DNA of 44,368 nucleotides from a virus (taxonomy: Duplodnaviria > Heunggongvirae > Uroviricota > Caudoviricetes), in the IMG/VR virus record IMGVR_UViG_2541047889_000001, one strand, 5' to 3'. This document shows, piece after piece, positions 39,857-44,368 of this stretch (position 1 is the first letter of the stretch; every line of letters begins with the position of its first letter). Below the pieces are notes generated by a model. That model was not told where the DNA came from and did not search any database. It worked only from the letters and a program-made list of their open reading frames with translations. The translations under genes were made by a program, and so were the position numbers.

Positions 39857-40153
39857 ATGAACGCTTATTACATTCAGGATCGTCTTGAGGCTCAAAGCTG
39901 GGCGCGTCACTACCAGCAGATCGCCCGTGAAGAGAAAGAGGCAGAACTGGCAGACGACATGGAAAAAGGTCTTCCACAGCACCTGTTTGAATCACTCTGC
40001 ATCGATCATTTGCAACGCTGCGGGGCCAACAAAAAAGCCATTACCCGTGCGTTTGATGACGATGTTGAGTTTCAGGAGCGCATGGCAGAACACATCCGGT
40101 ACATGGTTGAAACCATTGCTCACCACCATGTTGATATTGATTCAGAGGTATAA
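39857..40153 (+). CDS. gam: Gam, host RecBCD inhibitor (short form)
   Basis: 98 aa, [54 protein letters not shown]...; matches the C-terminal 98 aa of lambda Gam from memory. Confidence 0.9.
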   Translation: MNAYYIQDRLEAQSWARHYQQIAREEKEAELADDMEKGLPQHLFESLCIDHLQRCGANKKAITRAFDDDVEFQERMAEHIRYMVETIAHHHVDIDSEV

Positions 40154-40158
40154 AACGG

Positions 40159-40944
40159 ATGAGTACAGCACTCGCAACGCTAGCCGGGAAGCTGGCTGAA
40201 CGTGTCGGCATGGATTCTGTCGACCCACAGGAACTGATCACCACTCTTCGTCAGACGGCATTTAAAGGTGATGCCAGCGATGCGCAGTTCATCGCATTGC
40301 TGATCGTCGCCAACCAGTACGGCCTTAATCCGTGGACGAAAGAAATTTACGCCTTCCCTGATAAGCAGAACGGCATCGTTCCGGTGGTGGGCGTTGATGG
40401 CTGGTCCCGCATCATCAATGAAAACCAGCAGTTTGATGGCATGGACTTTGAGCAGGACAATGAATCATGTACGTGCCGGATTTACCGCAAAGACCGCAAT
40501 CATCCGATCTGCGTTACCGAATGGATGGATGAATGCCGCCGCGAACCATTCAAAACTCGCGAAGGCAGAGAAATCACGGGGCCGTGGCAGTCGCATCCCA
40601 AACGGATGTTACGGCATAAAGCCATGATTCAGTGTGCCCGTCTGGCCTTCGGATTTGCTGGTATCTATGACAAGGATGAAGCCGAGCGCATTGTCGAAAA
40701 TACTGCATACACTGCGGAACGTCAGCCGGAACGCGACATCACTCCGGTTAACGATGAAACCATGCAGGAGATTAACACTCTGCTGATCGCCCTGGATAAA
40801 ACATGGGATGACGACTTATTGCCGCTCTGTTCCCAGATATTTCGCCGCGACATTCGCGCATCGTCAGAACTGACACAAGCCGAAGCAGTGAAAGCTCTTG
40901 GATTCCTGAAACAGAAAGCCACTGAGCAGAAGGTGGCAGCATGA
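40159..40944 (+). CDS. bet: Bet single-strand annealing recombinase (Red-beta)
   Basis: 261 aa, [66 protein letters not shown]...; matches lambda Bet from memory. Confidence 0.96.
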   Translation: MSTALATLAGKLAERVGMDSVDPQELITTLRQTAFKGDASDAQFIALLIVANQYGLNPWTKEIYAFPDKQNGIVPVVGVDGWSRIINENQQFDGMDFEQDNESCTCRIYRKDRNHPICVTEWMDECRREPFKTREGREITGPWQSHPKRMLRHKAMIQCARLAFGFAGIYDKDEAERIVENTAYTAERQPERDITPVNDETMQEINTLLIALDKTWDDDLLPLCSQIFRRDIRASSELTQAEAVKALGFLKQKATEQKVAA

Positions 40945-41621
40945 CACCGGACATTATCCTGCAGCGTACCGGGATCGACGTGAGAGCTGTCGAACAGGGG
41001 GATGATGCATGGCACAAATTACGGCTCGGCGTCATCACCGCTTCAGAAGTTCACAACGTGATAGCAAAGCCCCGCTCAGGAAAGAAGTGGCCTGACATGA
41101 AAATGTCCTACTTCCACACCTTGCTGGCTGAGGTTTGCACCGGTGTGGCTCCGGAAGTTAATGCTAAGGCGCTGGCCTGGGGAAAACAGTACGAGAACGA
41201 CGCCAGAACCCTGTTTAAATTCACTTCCGGCGTGAATGTTACTGAATCCCCGATCATCTATCGCGACGAAAGTATGCGCACCGCCTGCTCTCCCGATGGT
41301 TTATGCAGTGACGGCAATGGCCTTGAGCTGAAATGCCCGTTTACCTCCCGGGATTTCATGAAGTTCCGGCTCGGTGGTTTCGAGGCCATAAAGTCGGCTT
41401 ACATGGCCCAGGTGCAGTACAGCATGTGGGTGACGCGAAAAGATGCCTGGTACTTTGCCAACTATGACCCGCGTATGAAGCGTGAAGGACTGCATTATGT
41501 CGTGGTTGAGCGGGATGAAAAGTACATGGCGAGTTTTGACGAGATGGTGCCGGAGTTCATCGAAAAAATGGACGAGGCACTGGCTGAAATTGGTTTTGTA
41601 TTTGGGGAGCAATGGCGATGA
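40941..41621 (+). CDS. exo: Exo 5'-3' exonuclease (Red-alpha)
   Basis: 226 aa, [65 protein letters not shown]...; matches lambda Exo from memory. Confidence 0.96.
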   Translation: MTPDIILQRTGIDVRAVEQGDDAWHKLRLGVITASEVHNVIAKPRSGKKWPDMKMSYFHTLLAEVCTGVAPEVNAKALAWGKQYENDARTLFKFTSGVNVTESPIIYRDESMRTACSPDGLCSDGNGLELKCPFTSRDFMKFRLGGFEAIKSAYMAQVQYSMWVTRKDAWYFANYDPRMKREGLHYVVVERDEKYMASFDEMVPEFIEKMDEALAEIGFVFGEQWR

Positions 41622-41800
41622 CGCATCCTCACGATAATATCCGGGTAGGCGCGATCACTTTCGTCTACTCCGTTACAAAGCGAGGCTGGGTATTTCCCGG
41701 CCTTTCTGTTATCCAAAATCCACTGAAAGCCCAGCGGCTGGCTGAGGAGATAAATAATAAACGGGGGGCTGTATGCACAAAGCATCTCCCGTTGAGTTAA
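41612..41800 (+). CDS. Small hypothetical protein in the pL operon (62 aa)
   Basis: Overlaps the exo stop; [30 protein letters not shown].... Same position as small lambda early-left ORFs. Confidence 0.45.
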   Translation: MAMTHPHDNIRVGAITFVYSVTKRGWVFPGLSVIQNPLKAQRLAEEINNKRGAVCTKHLPLS

Positions 41801-41964
41801 GAACGAGTATCGAGATGGCACATAGCCTCGCTCAAATTGGAGTCAGGTTTGTGCCAATACCAGTAGAAACAGACGAAGAATTTCATACGTTAGCCACATC
41901 CCTTTCACAAAAGCTGGAAATGATGGTGGCGAAAGCAGAAGCAGATGAGAGAGACCAGGTATGA
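41773..41964 (+). CDS. Small hypothetical protein in the pL operon (63 aa)
   Basis: [44 protein letters not shown]...; its stop overlaps the next ATG (ATGA). Confidence 0.45.
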   Translation: MHKASPVELRTSIEMAHSLAQIGVRFVPIPVETDEEFHTLATSLSQKLEMMVAKAEADERDQV

Positions 41965-42044
41965 CAACCACTGAATGCATTTTTCTGGCAGCGGGCTTCA
42001 TATTCTGTGTGCTTATGCTTGCCGACATGGGACTTGCTCAATGA
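41961..42044 (+). CDS. Possible 27-aa hydrophobic micropeptide
   Basis: Not in the ORF track. MTTTECIFLAAGFIFCVLMLADMGLAQ; ATGA overlaps on both sides link it to the neighbouring small ORFs. Confidence 0.3.
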   Translation: MTTTECIFLAAGFIFCVLMLADMGLAQ

Positions 42045-42256
42045 CACCTCAGCAAGAAAACGCCCTTCGCAGTATTGCCCGTCAGGCTAATTATGAAATC
42101 AAAAAAGCCAGACAGCAGTTTCCGGATAAAAACGTCGATGACATTTGCCGTAGCGTACTGAAGAAGCACCGCGAAACGGTAACGCTGATGGGATTCACAC
42201 CGACTCATTTAAGCCTGGCGATCGGCATGTTAAACGGCGTCTTTAAGGAACGGTGA
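42041..42256 (+). CDS. Small hypothetical protein in the pL operon (71 aa)
   Basis: Start at ATG 42041 (MTPQQENALRSIARQANYEIKKARQQFPDKNVDDICRSVLKKHRET...). The track ORF starts 22 codons upstream. Confidence 0.45.
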   Translation: MTPQQENALRSIARQANYEIKKARQQFPDKNVDDICRSVLKKHRETVTLMGFTPTHLSLAIGMLNGVFKER

Positions 42257-42354
42257 ACATGAAAAATAAAATCATCATGGAGCTACAGGCTCCTTTTTTA
42301 TTATTCGCATTCACCCTCAAGCGTATTAACCAACAATTCAGGGATTAATGAAAG

Positions 42355-42573
42355 ATGGCAGACATCATTGATTCAGCATCAGAAATTGAAGAATTACAGC
42401 GCAACACAGCAATAAAAATGCGCCGCCTGAACCACCAGGCTATATCTGCCACTCATTGTTGTGAGTGTGGCGATCCGATAGATGAACGAAGACGCCTGGC
42501 CGTTCAGGGTTGTCGGACTTGTGCAAGTTGCCAGGAGGAGATCGAACTTAAGAACAAACAATGGGGACTGTGA
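42355..42573 (+). CDS. TraR/DksA-family C4 zinc-finger protein
   Basis: 72 aa with CxxC...CxxC (CCECGDPIDERRRLAVQGCRTCASC) after an acidic helical N-terminus, the TraR/DksA pattern. Confidence 0.6.
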   Translation: MADIIDSASEIEELQRNTAIKMRRLNHQAISATHCCECGDPIDERRRLAVQGCRTCASCQEEIELKNKQWGL

Positions 42574-42620
42574 TGGCCTCAAAGCAGCAAATTTCAACAT
42601 CGTCCAACTGAGGTGTAAAA

Positions 42621-42860
42621 ATGTTCAGAATCATTTTTCCTAACACCTGGTACGTCGACCACCACGGCACTCCCTGCAAAATCCTGCGTTCTACCCACAA
42701 CAAAGTTCACTACATCCGAAAAGGCAGAACATGTATCGCCAGCATGTTCCGCTTTAATCATGACTTTGAACCTGTGAATAAAGCTGATGCAGATCGGATA
42801 GCCGAAGAGATCGATACAGCAGAACACATTAAGAAGTTACGTGCCATACGCAGGAAATAG
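42621..42860 (+). CDS. Hypothetical protein (79 aa)
   Basis: MFRIIFPNTWYVDHHGTPCKILRSTHNKVHYIRKGRTC...; no family recognised. Confidence 0.4.
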   Translation: MFRIIFPNTWYVDHHGTPCKILRSTHNKVHYIRKGRTCIASMFRFNHDFEPVNKADADRIAEEIDTAEHIKKLRAIRRK

Positions 42861-42999
42861 AAAAATTGATAAATTCAATACTGCATTTCTCAGCATTAAA
42901 TTTATCTCTATGACCAGTCAAGAGATGTACCTGCCATGAGCTTAATATCATGTCAGATATATCGGTCACAAACTCCCTCAGTAGCTAAGAGGAGGACAA

Positions 43000-43236
43000 A
43001 TGTCTCGACTAATCACTTTACAGGACTGGGCTAAAGAAGAATTTGGGGACTTAGCACCAAGTGAGCGAGTTCTGAAAAAATACGCGCAAGGGAAAATGAT
43101 GGCCCCACCCGCTATAAAAGTTGGTCGCTACTGGATGATTGACCGAAATTCCCGTTTTGTAGGAACGCTTGCAGAACCGCAACTCCCAATAAACGCAAAC
43201 CCAAAACTCCAACGGATAATCGCTGATGGCTGCTAG
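43000..43236 (+). CDS. xis: Excisionase-like protein
   Basis: 78 aa; ATG preceded by AGGAGG; directly upstream of and overlapping int. Pattern LITLQDWAKEEF...VGRYWMIDRNSRF resembles lambda Xis (LTLQEWNARQ...). Confidence 0.6.
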   Translation: MSRLITLQDWAKEEFGDLAPSERVLKKYAQGKMMAPPAIKVGRYWMIDRNSRFVGTLAEPQLPINANPKLQRIIADGC

Positions 43237-44368
43237 ACCCCGATCTCACAAAATCTCTATACCCAATTTATATTGCAAATTAGATAAGCGAACCGGAAAG
43301 GTATATTGGCAATACAAACATCCACTATCCGGTCGTTTTCATAGCTTAGGAACTGATGAGAATGAAGCAAAACAAGTTGCTACTGAAGCAAATACCATTA
43401 TTGCTGAACAACGTACCCGACAAATATTAAGCGTCAATGAGCGTCTGGAAAGAATGAAAGGCAGGCGCTCAGACATTACGGTGACAGAATGGCTTGATAA
43501 ATATATTTCTATCCAGGAGGACAGGCTGCAACATAATGAACTAAGACCCAACTCCTATCGGCAAAAAGGCAAACCCATTCGTCTTTTCCGTGAGCATTGT
43601 GGAATGCAACACCTCAAGGATATTACCGCACTTGATATTGCCGAAATAATTGATGCTGTAAAGGCTGAAGGTCATAACAGGATGGCGCAAGTCGTGAGAA
43701 TGGTGTTAATCGACGTCTTCAAAGAAGCACAACACGCAGGACATGTTCCGCCAGGATTTAACCCAGCGCAGGCAACAAAACAACCGCGAAATCGAGTAAA
43801 CCGCCAAAGATTATCACTGCCCGAATGGCAGGCAATATTTGACAGCGTAAGCAGACGGCAGCCCTATTTAAAATGCGGGATGCTACTTGCTCTTGTCACT
43901 GGACAACGTTTAGGCGATATCTGCAATTTGAAATTCTCTGATATCTGGGACGACATGTTGCACATTACTCAGGAAAAAACCGGTTCAAAACTTGCTATTC
44001 CGCTTAACCTGAAATGCGATGCTCTGAATATTACCCTTCGTGAAGTTATATCTCAGTGCAGGGATGCTGTTGTTAGTAAATATCTGGTCCATTACCGTCA
44101 CACAACCTCTCAAGCAAACAGAGGAGACCAGGTTTCTGCGAATACTCTGACAACGGCTTTTAAAAAGGCCAGGGAAAAATGTGGCATAAAATGGGAGCAA
44201 GGAACTGCGCCCACATTTCATGAGCAGCGATCTCTGTCAGAACGGTTATATCGGGAACAGGGTCTGGATACGCAAAAGTTGTTAGGCCATAAATCCAGAA
44301 AAATGACCGACCGATACAATGATGATCGTGGTAAAGACTGGATTATCGTAGATATCAAAACAGCATAG
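43226..44368 (+). CDS. int: Tyrosine-type site-specific integrase
   Basis: 380 aa; C-terminal catalytic region with ALVTGQRLGDI, HEQRSLSERLY and GHKSRKMTDRY. The stop codon TAG is the last three bases of the window. Confidence 0.9.
   Translation: MAARPRSHKISIPNLYCKLDKRTGKVYWQYKHPLSGRFHSLGTDENEAKQVATEANTIIAEQRTRQILSVNERLERMKGRRSDITVTEWLDKYISIQEDRLQHNELRPNSYRQKGKPIRLFREHCGMQHLKDITALDIAEIIDAVKAEGHNRMAQVVRMVLIDVFKEAQHAGHVPPGFNPAQATKQPRNRVNRQRLSLPEWQAIFDSVSRRQPYLKCGMLLALVTGQRLGDICNLKFSDIWDDMLHITQEKTGSKLAIPLNLKCDALNITLREVISQCRDAVVSKYLVHYRHTTSQANRGDQVSANTLTTAFKKAREKCGIKWEQGTAPTFHEQRSLSERLYREQGLDTQKLLGHKSRKMTDRYNDDRGKDWIIVDIKTA

Noticed and set aside
44300-44368. Attachment site core
   Set aside because: The integrase stop is the last codon of the window, so attL or attR and any tRNA or host target must lie outside; no att call is possible from this sequence.

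Overview
The window is almost entirely one lambdoid prophage of an enterobacterial host (E. coli-like), drawn with the late operon on the minus strand. Calls rest on reading the translated ORFs against remembered phage lambda, DLP12, Qin and Rac protein sequences; no database search was run. From left to right: two small unknown ORFs, side tail fibre stf, lom, then a lambda-type tail and head module (J, I, K, L, M, H, G/G-T, V, U, Z, FII, FI, E, D, C/Nu3, B, W, A, Nu1) ending at cos (cosN 22381..22392). Next comes a lysis and accessory block (bor, Rz/Rz1, SAR-type endolysin, dual-start holin, an Lc/NmpC-like porin, antiterminator Q), then a DLP12-like nin region (rusA, ybcO, ninE, ninB), a lipoprotein esterase moron, a large serine recombinase with emrE, and replication genes ren, P and O with ori iterons. 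The immunity region is not lambda-like: a YdaT-like protein sits in the cII position beside a small Cro-like regulator and a LexA-like CI repressor, with three OR and two OL operator-like sites. On the plus strand the early-left operon runs from a pL-like promoter through a possible N-like protein, gam, bet, exo, small ORFs, xis and int, which ends at the last base of the window; the attachment site lies outside. The best candidate for an undescribed system is an AT-rich two-gene cassette immediately downstream of cI (37683..39099), in the position lambda uses for rexAB: a GNAT-like plus PUA-like protein overlapping an ASCH-domain protein. Other accessory candidates are the esterase, the two stf-coupled small ORFs, a TonB-C-like lipoprotein and the serine recombinase/emrE pair.
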